Source of the DNA: Callorhinchus milii
Lineage: Eukaryota
DNA length: 64,000 nucleotides
Direction of reading: 5' to 3'
NCBI RefSeq assembly: GCF_018977255.1
Contig: NW_024704742.1
Location: forward strand, 14,448,001-14,512,000
This document shows, piece after piece, positions 51,881 through 64,000 of the stretch. The notes beneath the pieces are model-generated. The model searched no databases and was not told where the DNA came from. It saw only the letters and a program-made list of their open reading frames with translations. The translations under genes were made by a program, and so were the position numbers. Numbering within the stretch: position 1 is the stretch's first letter; each line of letters opens with the position of its first letter.

Positions 51881-54800
51881 AAAGCAGGAATTTACTTTTC
51901 CTGGGAAATCAATTAAGTTTATCACTGGCCCAGATTGGGGTAATGGAATTTTCCACCCTCTATTGTGAAGTTCTCATCCCAGTTTCCAATGGTAGAGAGA
52001 TCATGGCACAATTCCAAAAACAATTCACTATCAATTGGCTCTAAATATGGTACTTTCACTTAAAGAGGCCACAAATATAATTCCTAAGCAAAATAAAATG
52101 TGTAACACAAGTACAGTAGGAAATACTCATATTAGGCTCAAGCCACATTATTGTAATTAGAGTTGAGGGAAAGAGTGATAACTTGCACTTATACTGTTCT
52201 GTCCTAGGAGTATTATGAATGCTGAAGCTGGATGTAATACTTTTGAAACTCAGCCAACTTCTGTTGTCCACGAAACAAAGATTTTCACTGAAGCCAAGCT
52301 TAATATATCTTTGACACCTCTGGATTTAACGCAGATGCCACAATTTGTTAGAGTCCAGTGTATGCATTTAAATGACCTGAAAATGCATTAAATTAAAGGA
52401 AGAAAAAAAGGAGAAGAAATGTAATCAGTCCAAGTGTGATCAAACCAATCGTGGAAGTAAATCGAAATACCATCTTAAAACGATTACATTTCCTGCAGAT
52501 AGTCTTGTAAAGGATAATGTGTTGTTCAGTGGGCAAAGTGAACTACATTTAGACCATTGGGTTTCCTCAATCCTTGGCAAGAATGAGGTCAATCATGTGA
52601 ATCAATAGGATTTAAGTGGGTCTTGTTCTCCAGCAGCATCCAGTGCAATCACCCTGCAGAATTCAATATGATTGTATAAAGCTTGGGACTTAGTCTTCAA
52701 CTGATGTTACTTTCTCTCATGTTAACCCACTGGTAAATACTTCATTCTGAAATATATTTTTTTATTAACTCAACATAATTGTGTATTCACAATAATTTGC
52801 GTGCAAGCTAACAGTAAATCTTGTATTTGATATTGCGTCCATAATGTCAAAACACTTCAAAGCACTTGACGAGTGAAAGCTGTCGATTTTATTGGATATA
52901 AGGTTAATGATGCAGTGATATTCTTTTAGCAAAAATGGGACAGTTTTTTGCACTCAGTAGTTGAGTTTTGTTTGTCTAGTTAGTCAGTTTGTTCATTTTT
53001 ATGGGCATGTCCACTGGTTTAGAAAACTGGAAGTCTGAATCTGTGAAACGTTCTAGACTAAAAGGGCTTGATCTAACATAAGTACACAAGCCGTAAGAAA
53101 ACATGGAAAACGTCATTCCATTTCCTTGCTCCTCCACAAACAAGCTAACCTCTTGAAGCCTCTATTGTATTAGGTACTTGCTGAACCGGAAAGATAATCC
53201 AGTAAAACAAAATAGAATTCTCATCCATCCACAATATCATGTGGTCTCCTTCCCTGTGTATCCTGGAGCACAGAAATCATTGTTTCCGGTGGAGTATTTA
53301 CTCATTTCAGCTTGTAGCATTTATATCCTTCCATACTGTTCTCAAGCAGATACTTATCGAGTTTTGTTTAAGGAATTAATTGATGCAATGTCAACTGCTT
53401 TTGTTCGGGGATTTGTTTTACATATCCACTCCGTGGGAGGGAAAAAGAAACTCTTCTAATCTCTAATCTCTCAATCTCTCAATCTCCGATTGAGTCTTTT
53501 TAATTTGAAATCAATCCCCTAAAGTTCTGGTCTCACAGTCTAACTCCAATAGCCTGCTTACAGCTACAGCATTGTGCCTCCTATTTTAAAGGCCTGGGCC
53601 ATGTCTCTCCGCAAACGTTTTGTTTTTATTGAATGGAGGTTCAGCTTAACGCAATTCATCTCAACAAGAGACAATAAAGTTCATTTTTATTACAGATTTA
53701 TATTAAGGATGTTGTTACAATAACAAAAAAAGGAAAAGTTTACCCAGCAAATGTGTCTTCTGATTATATGGTTTAGAGCCTCATTTTTATATTTTTATGT
53801 ATATATCCTTGTTATATCTTTAGGCCCTGTAATTCAAACTGACCCTACAGCTAATGTGTGTTTCAACTAACTGGTAACACATATCACATGCAACCATTTA
53901 ACTTTGTATAATTCTGCATAGGTGGTCTCCAATAATTTATAAATGGAACTCTTTGAAGTATAAATTGGAAGGTTAATGATGCAGTGATATTCTTTTAGCA
54001 ACAATGGGATACAAATGGAATGAAATACCAAGTTTTCTTTTTTAAAAAGTGACATTAGTTTTCATAATGTTGCCTGATTATTACTTATTTATTCTTCTAT
54101 TTTACCAAAACAAAACCTTTTGACATTGATCATATGTGATCAACTCTTCTGTCATTAATAAACATACTCTGGGGTGGGCATGGGGTGGAGTTGGGGGTGA
54201 GCCAAGTGAAGGAAACTCAAATAAACTTTCATTTTACCTTTGCAATAATTCAATTCAAACAGTAAACCAAGCCCAAACAAATCCATGTTTAAAACGGACT
54301 GGGCAGAAATCTGTTGTAAAAATAAATATATGTATATTAAATCATACTTCGGACACTCTTTCTTGCATGTGGTCAAGGTTAAAAAAGGTAAACAGTTGAA
54401 TATTACTTTATCTTCCACATCCCTTAAATTAAGACTTCTTCAAATAACTATCAAATTCCTATAAAAACAATAACTATCAAATTAACTGCAAAATCTGCCT
54501 AAGCTGTGGCCCTGGAGAGTCTATTCCACATAGTCACTGTGATATTCACTGCATTGTCATGTTGCCCATGTTAAACTTATGATTAGGGCTCAGTTCCATT
54601 AAACACTAAGATCTGTATGTTCTTTGTAATCTTTGTAAAATTAAACATTTCAAAAAAGAGCCTTGCGAACATTCCAAGCTTCCACAGCCTCTCCTCATAA
54701 CTCATGTTAATGATATTCCAGCTATGAATCTAGTTGTCCTTCACTCCTCTTTCCATCTTCCTCTTACCTTAATCTTGGCCAACTCCTTCCTGCTTTATCA

Positions 54801-55990
54801 GTTAATTATTAGGAATATCATTTATTAGGGATCGGTTCCCCTATCCTTGCCCCACTAACTTAAATCCTATCTCACTGCTCTATTTACCCTCTTTGAAAGA
54901 GCATTAGTACTCTTATATTTTTTGAGTTAACAAACCATTTGGGCATGGGGGGGTGGGTGGGGAGGAGCCAAGTGAAGGAAACTCAAATGAACAGTAAAAA
55001 AACATTTGCTTGAACCTGGCTGGCAGTCAAATTTTGGACAGCTGGAAAAATGCAACATATGCTCAGATGTGTGTAGTGACTGGTCTGCTTAGTGGAGAAA
55101 AAAATACTGTAAATACATTCATTCAAGCTCAATGCAGAACAGTGGACAGAAATAAGTAGGCTTAATAACCAGTATGTAAAGAAAACTCCCTGAACTGCCT
55201 TAACATGTGACAACCTAATTTATGTGAATGTATTTGGCTAAGTCCATATTAGAAAAGTATACAAATACTTTTATATGTATTATATGTGGTTAACAAAACG
55301 TTTGCAGTATTAAAAGAGCTTGAATTTGTGGCAGCTGAGACAAAATACTGCCAACTGAAAAAAATGCCAAGCAGCAGCTCTGGGTTAGTGATCAGGAAAT
55401 AAACTATAGTGAAACTCACATAAGTCTTATCTTTATCAATAGTATTAGCACCTTAGTCATATATTCACCCAAGTCCCATTCAGTTTCTTATAATTTCTTT
55501 GCAATGATTGTATTAATCAACTGCTAACTCGTAACTCCGCTCACATACCCTCCATGACTCAAGACTTACCGGCTACATTGAATTACGAGGAATGTTGTCC
55601 TGACCTGGCAACGCATATGCACGTACCAGCCGGCTGCATTGAAAAGCGGGAAACATAGTTTTGATCCGTTGACACATGCATAGAAGAACTTCCTTGCCCA
55701 TGATTCAATGAGATTACAACGCTTGCCGGTAAGTACGCATGTGGCGACGGGTCAAGAGGAACTGAATCACAGGAAAGGTCGACTTGACTCATCACCAAAT
55801 TATGAATGTGATTATTGATTAAATCAGATTTTATACAACTCATACAGCTTGCCTGCAACTTGGGCTTTGCTTAAATCAAATTAAATGTCATGGTCCGACT
55901 TATGTGAGTTTTACTGTGTTTGAATGGCTGGGAAGAAAAGGATTCAGATTAATAATACGGGAAAATGATTCAAATACCAGAAATACTTAC

Positions 55991-56106
55991 TTTGCAGTAA
56001 TCCAAAGTCGCTATGAATTCATAGGATCCAAGAGACAGCTCTGGTCTCTCATAGTAGTCCACTCTTCTGCCTATGTGGTCCAGATGTTGAAAATAGAATG
56101 GAGGGA
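55991..56106 (-). CDS. SEC24D: SEC24D exon B (116 nt): (V)[38 protein letters not shown]
   Basis: Acceptor ttcag|TC, donor AAA|gtaagt; phase 1 matches exon A. Confidence 0.96.
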
Positions 56107-56444
56107 CTGAAGACAAAAAGATTTTAAAAATTCTTAAAAATAAAAGAATGTCAAGAGCAACTATAAACTCATCTATGGATAGAATGCCTTTTGCAACTTT
56201 TGAAAGCACAATTGCAAATAATTTTCCACAATTTTCTGGTACTGAAAGTTGTGAGTTGCAAAGTGGGGATTTACTCAGTAGCACTGCACTGAATAATTCA
56301 TGACCCTGATAAACACATTTTCAATAAACCACATTCATAGCCATACTACCAACCCTTGTCTAAAGCAGTTGTTTTAAAGACCATGCATATTTCTGATTTG
56401 ACTAAGGCTTTATAAAATTAAAATCTATTTTAATAAATAAAAAA

Positions 56445-56830
56445 TAATTCTTGCATTTGATGTAGCGCTTTATCATATTGTGATGCTTCAAAGTTCTTCA
56501 CTGAGTTTATCTGTAAAGTGATGTCTGTGTTTGTAGGTTAATGTGATAATGTCCCATAAAACAACCATGAAGTGAGTCACCAATTTTATTTGGGCCATTG
56601 TTCATGAGGACACCAAGAGAAACTCTTTTTGAACAGTGCCGTGGGAATCTTTAACATCTACCGCAACAACCATACAGATCTCAGTTTAATGACTCAACTG
56701 AAGATTGTCACCTCCATCAATGCTGCACTCCCCCAGTATTATATTAGAATATCTGCCAAGACTGTGCTTTCAAAGTTCTGAGGTGAGCTTGAACCCATCA
56801 CCTCTGACTCAGGCGAGATTGCTACCAACA
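56445..56830 (-). mobile_element. DeuSINE-like SINE, degraded
   Basis: Colinear with 38885-39260. Confidence 0.65.
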
Positions 56831-57691
56831 CCTATTGCTGGAATACATTTTTCAACAGATGGCTCATAAGAAGTAAGCATGGCAAGGAAGAGAAATCATA
56901 ATAAATAGCTTTCATTAAACAAAACAAAAAGAATACTGAGAAAGGCCAGAATCACTGCCAAAAAGAGCCAGTAGAACAACAGCAGCAGCTTGCATTTATA
57001 TAGCATGCTTCACACATGGTAGCATCTCAGAGAATGAGGATATTATCACAATAAAGCAACAGCAACAACAAATTACATATCTATAGTGCATTTCACGTCG
57101 GGAAGATGTCCCGAGGGGATGAATAACCTCACCCGTTATCTCAATGTAAAGCATGAGAGGATGGGTAAAGGGGGAGAAAATTATCAACATATTTGAGAAT
57201 TGGCAGATACCCAGGAACAAATGGGATAAAAAGATAAAGCATTAAAATATTTTGACTGTCAAACGTGTTCTTTTTCAGAGTCTAGGTGCTTCTTTATCCC
57301 ATTACGGACTCTAACCCACATACTTTAGTTCTGAAGGCAGATACATAAATGTTTCCTGACCACCGAGCTTCCAAAAAAACTCCAAAACATTCACCCATTC
57401 TCACATTTCTCCAGCGACAGAGCCCTAAGATTCTGAATAACTCTTCTTGATCTTCTCGGAATCCCCTGCAGTACAATAAAGTCAATTTGGAAAGTAGGAC
57501 TTCCAAAACAGTCTTAACACACACATATAACATCACGTATTTTCCAACAGTAACTCAATGTGAATTGAGGAAAACTGGAGACAAACCAGGATAGTAAGAT
57601 AAAAGATGAAATGTTAAAATAGGATCAAACAAAATGGAAGTCTAAATAATACATAAAGAATAATCCTGCTGGAAAGATTTCATTTGTGTGT

Positions 57692-57885
57692 CAGTACACT
57701 GACTCAGTGGTAGCAGTTTTGTGTCAGAAGTTGTGGGTTCAAGCTCCATATTGGGGCTTTCAACTCATATAGTTCACAATGCAAGGCTGGGATGTGCGGC
57801 ATTGTTGTTGGTAATGTCCTTCAGATGAGATGTTCAACTGAGATCCCTTCTGCCTGTTTGGGTGAATGCTAAAGATCCCATGCAC
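57692..57885 (+). mobile_element. DeuSINE-like SINE 5' part
   Basis: GACTCAGTGGTAGC...GTGGGTTCAAG head; GTCCTTCAGATGAGATG...TAAAGATCCCATG core. Confidence 0.65.
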
Positions 57886-60317
57886 AATTAAAAAATTGAG
57901 CTTTTCATTAAATGCAATGATTTTTATTTGGATGTTAAAACCCTCCTCTGGTTTTCAATGATGTGCAACAACTAGCATTCATGTAGTGCCCTTGTTAAGA
58001 GTGCTTAACAATGGCGGAGCTTGACACCAGTGTAATCTTAAAGTATAAATAATAAAAGCTCTCTTTCTCCCCTTATGAAGACCTTCACTAACTTTTTCCT
58101 TCTACTGAGATTCCACAGGTGGCAGTTTCACCCTTTGAACCTCATTCTGATGGGCATTAATACTAATCTTTTTGAGCCTTGATATTTAGTGTAGATTATT
58201 TGATTCCAAGACATCAAATAGCCCTGCTATTTGGTCCTGTCCTTAATAGGCATATTGCCCATCTCCATCCCTATCTCTGTCCCTATATTTCGATAGGATT
58301 TCTGAATAATAATCCGGAGCAGGAACTCAGTTGTATAGGGAAGTTATAGGTGAGCAAACTTGCACCATATCATTGTCACTGGGCTGCTGCATTGTGCTCT
58401 GAGCTACTGTGCTCTGATATGACTTTATAGATGTGAAAATACAGCTTGTTTTATTTGCTGCTAATTTTGTCCACTGCAATCCTTCTTTCCCCACCACCAT
58501 CACACCTTCTCTACTGAGGATGCTAGCCCACGTGAAGGGTGCTATATAAATGCAAGTTGTTGCTCTCATGAAGTGGTACAATTCTAAGAGTGCTGTTGCC
58601 CTCTGGTACCTTACCAAATAGGCATTCTTCATATAGGATCTCAGACAGAGAATCTGGACAGCCTAGTAAACCATGCAAAATTTTCACCAGATTCTCTTCA
58701 CATTTGCAGAGGAAAGCAATAGTGTGCTCCATTCCCTGCAGATCATTTTTAAATGCGAGTGCCCGTCACTAACTCCGGGCTCAACTAAATCATGGAGGGC
58801 TGTGAGCAAAGCCTTGGCAGATTAAATTTCCGTGTGTGTGCACATATTCCCAGTGATGCACAGTGCAAAGTCAGTTGGCAGGAACTGCAGTCGTACAATG
58901 CAGAGCTTCAAGCAAGCTAGAGAGTTGGGAAAGTCAACATCTCTTATTGTGATTCAGCTCCTCCTCAGACACTTCCCCTCTCCCACGTTTGCTGCTTGTG
59001 CCCAGTCCTGCTTTCTCCTCCTCCTCACGTCCGTCCCCCTCCCCACATACATACACCCACCACCTATCTTGCATTCAAACAGCTTGATTCCCCCCCCCAT
59101 GGCCCTTGAATCTATCCAGTCCTCAATCTCTGAGGATTTTTTTTATCCGGGGCTTTTCAGAGGTCTTGATTAAATCCTTGTAGCGTTTTTTTCCAGCAGG
59201 GGTCACTGGATAATTTCCCTGAGCAAGAATCCTTGTTAATGTTTCTACTCCCTTTTTTAAGTGATAAATTATGATGGATGAACACAGCATTTTAGAGTGG
59301 TTTTGTTGTCTTAAATTACATTTCAATGAAGACTAATAAACCTTCCCAACCTGCAGTACCCTATGACTTTATTAACGATATACCAGTAAAAAGGGTTTGA
59401 AACAACACTCTATACTTAACCATACAATTTGAAGTGCTGGCCTGGAAAGAAGGTTGAAGCTTGAGGGTTATCACACTTACGTCATAAGGAAATGGTTTAC
59501 TCTGAGTAAAATCCAACATAAGTAAAAAGTTCCAGTCAAATGCTTCTGGCAAAACAGTCGGAAAATAGCCAAGGACTTTGCATCACTTAATCATAGCTCG
59601 CACACACTGCAGACGCTTCTTTGAACAAATATGGTCTGATTTCATCTGAGAGAATGCAGAACTGGCAGTCTGAAATTAATGGGTAATTTAGCTGTGAAAT
59701 TAGCTTGTTCAAGCACTTCTAGAAAACATTTGCAGGAACTAAAATGTTTTTATGAACATTTTTTGCCCGCTCTCCTCCTCTTAAAGCTTTTTGTTTCTTC
59801 TTTCTTTCCTCAGTGGTACGGCTTCATGGATGAAAGTCACCCTTTGGTGCTTCACCCAAGTGACCCGTGGTGTTCAAAGAAAAATGCTCCATCAGCGTTA
59901 CTACCAGAAAATAGGCCTCCAATGACAACTTGATTAGAATAGAGCTCTTCACATGGGATAATGTCTTGGAGCCCTTTACAATGAAGGGGTCACAATGTAA
60001 ACAGCTTAGTGGACCTTCTGTATATCATGCCTGAGTTGCAAGACTTCAGCTCTAACCCAAGATCTCAGAGGCAACGACTCATCAGTCACAATGACAATGC
60101 AGGGAGTTCATTGCAGAAAATGGAGCTGTCATGTTGAGCCACATTTCATAGTGGTTATACCATTCAGGGTATTTTTCAACCCCTTTTAATGTGAGAGTCT
60201 TAACAGTGACTGTCAATATTGGTTTAGAAGTAAAATTCTCACCAATGACCAACTTCCAGGTTGTCAGGTCACAGTAAGTGACAACGGTGTCTTATTACCT
60301 TATCATTTCTTCCTGTG

Positions 60318-60900
60318 CACAGAAACATAGCAACAGGAGTTGGCCATTCAGCCCATTGAGCTTATCCCACCACATTCCAAGATCGTGGCTGATACACAAC
60401 TCAATTCCATCTCCCAGCCTTGTTGCCTTGCTACCCTCTCTATCAACTATTCTATCTATTTGCCTTTTACATTCTTCAATTGAATTTGCCTCCACTGCCC
60501 TCTGGGGAAGTGAATTCTACACCCCCTCCACCTGCTGCGTGAAAAAATATTTCCTTATTTCACTTTTAAATGGTTTAGCGTCAAGTTTAATTTTGGCCTC
60601 AATTCTTTCACCAAAGGAAACAGTTGCTCACCAGTCAACCTATCAAATCCCTTTATTGTTTTATACACCTCAATCAGATCACCCCTAAACCTCCTGAACT
60701 CAAGAGAATACAATCCAAGTTTTTCCATCTTTTAATCATGATTTTGGCCTTGACACTAGAACCATTCTACTAAATTGACGCTGCACCCTCTCTAAAGCCA
60801 ATCAGCATGATTTGATGCCATACTCCAAATGGGGTCCGACCAGCATTTTATACAACTGTAAACTGGCTTTTCTTAACTTGTATTCCAGCCCCATTTTGAT
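60318..60900 (-). mobile_element. CR1 3' fragment
   Basis: Translates LQLYKMLVGPHLEY and EANSIEECKRQID; CR1-type tail at the left end. Confidence 0.8.
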
Positions 60901-62233
60901 TATCTTCTGCACCTGGGCACTACAGTTAACGTGCATGCATTGAGCAAGTGACACCAGCAGTGACCTGATAATGCGAAAGTGGGCCATATTTATGCATTGA
61001 AAGCCAATGTGTCTGAAGACCTTCCATTTCAACCTTGCTTATGGTCACCTCCCCTTTTCTCCTGGCTCAGCGTAAAAATCCACCATTGTTAAATGCTCCG
61101 AGTCACTGCACTCTATGATAAATCCTGTAAAGTGTTTTGGGACATTTGGTGATGTGATAAAGCACAATGCTAAATGCAAGGGTTATTATTATTATTTATA
61201 ATTTGCCCTGTTGTGGATCCAACTTATATTCAATTTCCAAAAGAAGAAACTTTGCCTCCAAGGAAGATAAGTCCTTTAATCATACTAATTATTTTCACAT
61301 TACAAGTTATTTGTACATGTGAAATTAAAATGATATTTCACACGCACAGTGTGGTTCATTGATGTTATCAGAGAACTGCATGAATCATTACAATGTAAAT
61401 ATTTAGATGTTCTGAACTGTGAACTCATTTTAAACCAGAAAAATATTTGTGCAGCACAGAAAACAGTTAACATTATCCCCTCTGGTAACTAAAGATTGCC
61501 AAGAAAATTAGCAAAAGGCACATAACTTGTTGAGATAGAAAATAACCAAGGTTACTGCTCTTCCACTTTTGAGATAACTCAGAACAGAGTGGAGATTGAT
61601 CTTGGAGAACCTTTTGGTATATACTTCATTGTTCTTTACCAAATAAATCATTGTTGTTCTGCTAAATAGATTTTAAGAGTTCAGATTTTGTATTCTGGAA
61701 TTAATATTACAATAATAAAGCTATGCCTAGCAGCTTTATTACAGTAATATTAATCCCTCTTTCAATATCGCTTTATGTGAGCTGCATTGTAATTTAAAAA
61801 TTGGCTAGTTCGGGGAGACTGGAATTTCTCTGGACTCATCAGAAGTTTCACTTTGCTTGTGTGTACATATCATGGATAGGTAAAGGCATACTTTGAATAG
61901 CAAGTTTGATAACTTTTCTTGTTATTGAGGAAGCTGTAAACATGCAGTTGCTTCATAGTGATTCGGGCCCTATGCCTAAAATTGTTTATTGTATTTTGAA
62001 AGGGTTTGTGATGGTTAAAAATAATCTCAGCTCAGCTATTTTTATCGTATGGCTGTTTTGTGGGACACCACTGTGCGCAAATTGGCTGCTGTATTCGCCT
62101 ACAAATACACAGTAACTGGACTTCACAGTAAGATCCTGCAAAGTGCTTTGAGATGACGTGATATCAAATTTGTAAGGATTATTATACTGTTATAAACACA
62201 ATGAGACAAAGAAGAATGGAATGAATGACTAAC

Positions 62234-62372
62234 CTTCATTTACACAGTTGCAGAATCCACACTGATATCTTCGTCCACCTTCAATAAACTGCATATATGG
62301 ACAAACGTAAGCTTTACACCGGTTACATCGGAGAGGGCCAGTCTCCCCATGATTCACTATGTAGATTGGGGC
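62234..62372 (-). CDS. SEC24D: SEC24D exon A (139 nt), zinc finger: [46 protein letters not shown]
   Basis: Acceptor aacag|GCC, donor GAAG|gttagt; CxxC...CxxC Sec23/24 zinc finger; absent from the ORF track. Confidence 0.96.
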
Positions 62373-64000
62373 CTGTTACCAATGAAAGAATTTTCATAAA
62401 TTTGTAAGTTTCCATATCATAAAAAAGGTAGTTACATAAAAATAATCAAATCAGTAAAGGTAGATTATGAGTAGAACCTTACTTTGCAATATTTTATCAC
62501 ACATTTCTCATTGTCATATTACGAGCTAAAGGACAGAAACACCCCTTGTCTTAGCCTGTGAGACCATTTTGTCTTAAAATTCAAGATGGCTTCAGAATTA
62601 TGGAAAATTCTTATTCAGGCTTAAGTTGGAAGCATTTTTTTCACAATTCTTAAAAAGTACCAATTAAGACTGAATTTTCCCAACTCTTTAAAACTCCAAC
62701 CCAGAGTCTGTCCACCCTAAGACCCATTTTTTCAACCACGTTTTAGGCCACCTCTCCCTTCCTCTGAAAGTGAATCGTAATTCATTGTATTGATGGAAAT
62801 TTCATAAGCGACACTGATGGTTAGTCTGCCCCTTTCATCTTCCCTCCTTTAAAGCAATCAAAGGATTAATTTTGCTTTTATCTTGAGGTAATGAATTAAA
62901 GTTCTTGACTGCTTTTTGTAGCATTGAGTTTAAGCTTCCTGTTTGTTTGAAAATGGGTCTTTTTAATGCAGCATCAAACAATACAGTAATAAGAGCATTT
63001 TCAAGAAAGATGTGAGTGTAACCTACCATAATAATGCACTCTCACCAGCTGAAGTAAAACAGGGATAAGGAGCATTCCTCAAATGAAGACACACTCACAC
63101 AGAGGAACGCACACAGCTGCCCTCACTGTGCTCCAACTACCAACAAAACAGCTAATAGCCAGAACATACTGGTGGATTCTCAACTCTATTATATCAGTAA
63201 GTGAAAATAGGAGCTACACGTCTCAACTTTTATTTAAACATGAAGCTAAAATTTTAAAAGTCACTGTGACCAGATATTTACACCGAAGCCTGTGCTCAGC
63301 ATTTGTGGTGAAAATAATGCAATTGGGGTGATAAGAACACTCCTCGGGTAAGATGCAATGTTGCTGACTCCACACCGCTGGAAAAAAAAGCCTTGTTACA
63401 CAAACTCTTTTTTTATAGGGAATCCTCTGCGTGTCACATGGAATTGCAAGACCTCAGTTCAGACTTACAATGTTCTCAATCGATGTCTTGCGAGTCACCG
63501 TGATGTTTCCTGGAGGAAACAAAGGTTATGTCCAATAGCCCTTTTTTTGATACTGTTTACCTCAGGGGCTCTTTTTCAACTCCAATGTACAGCCCTCACT
63601 CCCAACAGCAAAATACCAATTTCTGGGGCAAACAAGTTTCAGCAAAAACACAAATGAAAAACGGAGCACAGAACTGTCAGCAACTCTGATGTCTCAGCAG
63701 GACTTCACTGCTTGCTCTGTTGGTGACTGAATGCCTGGAGTTATGGCCAGAAAAATCTTTCAAGGCCAAAATTAGTTCCTCAGTAATCTTTACAACGCAT
63801 ATTACAAAATTCCAAATTAACTAATAAGGCACAGATCCAGCGCAATGTATTACTAACTGATCAATGGTTGGGAACAGAAAGGTTACAATGAGTTCATCAA
63901 AACCCATGGATCATGTAATTAACTAATACACTTGGCACAAGGTCAAGGCAGGAGGCAATAATCTATATAGATAAATCTATACTTTGTGCATGGATACCCT

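Larger units (their letters stand above)
9267..62372 (-). other. SEC24D: SEC24D gene, 5'-partial span (15 coding exons, 685 aa plus stop)
   Basis: Exons join in frame through GT-AG introns (sum 2058 nt). SEC24D-type rather than SEC24C-type motifs: [86 protein letters not shown]. Confidence 0.95.

Noticed and set aside
52900..52940. C/D-box snoRNA in the duplicated 41-mer
   Set aside because: ATGATGC is not a proper C box, it is antisense to the host gene, and no D box or terminal stem is evident.
58730..58930. Possible conserved enhancer-like block
   Set aside because: Impression from base composition only; cannot be supported without cross-species alignment.

Overview
AT-rich vertebrate genomic DNA, not prokaryotic. 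The repeat complement (L2 and CR1 LINEs, DeuSINE-like, AmnSINE2-like and tRNA-Ala-headed SINEs) suggests a cartilaginous fish, but that is inference. The window holds the 3' two-thirds of SEC24D (COPII inner-coat cargo adaptor) on the minus strand. I traced 15 coding exons by hand from 62372 to the TAA stop at 9267-9269. All introns are GT-AG and phase-compatible, giving 2058 nt (685 aa plus stop) covering the zinc finger, trunk/vWA, beta-barrel, helical and gelsolin-like domains; the 5' exons lie beyond the right edge. The introns are filled with decayed retroposons. The most unusual signal is a set of local inverted duplications or foldbacks, several anchored on L2/SINE 3' tails (18855-19753, 22771-22881, 36881-36929, 44086-44191). 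There is also a MITE-like inverted repeat split by an L2, and a CpG-rich element with a candidate poison exon. I found no convincing new protein-coding system. Repeat boundaries and identities are by-eye estimates, and repeat family names rest on remembered consensus sequences that need a database check.
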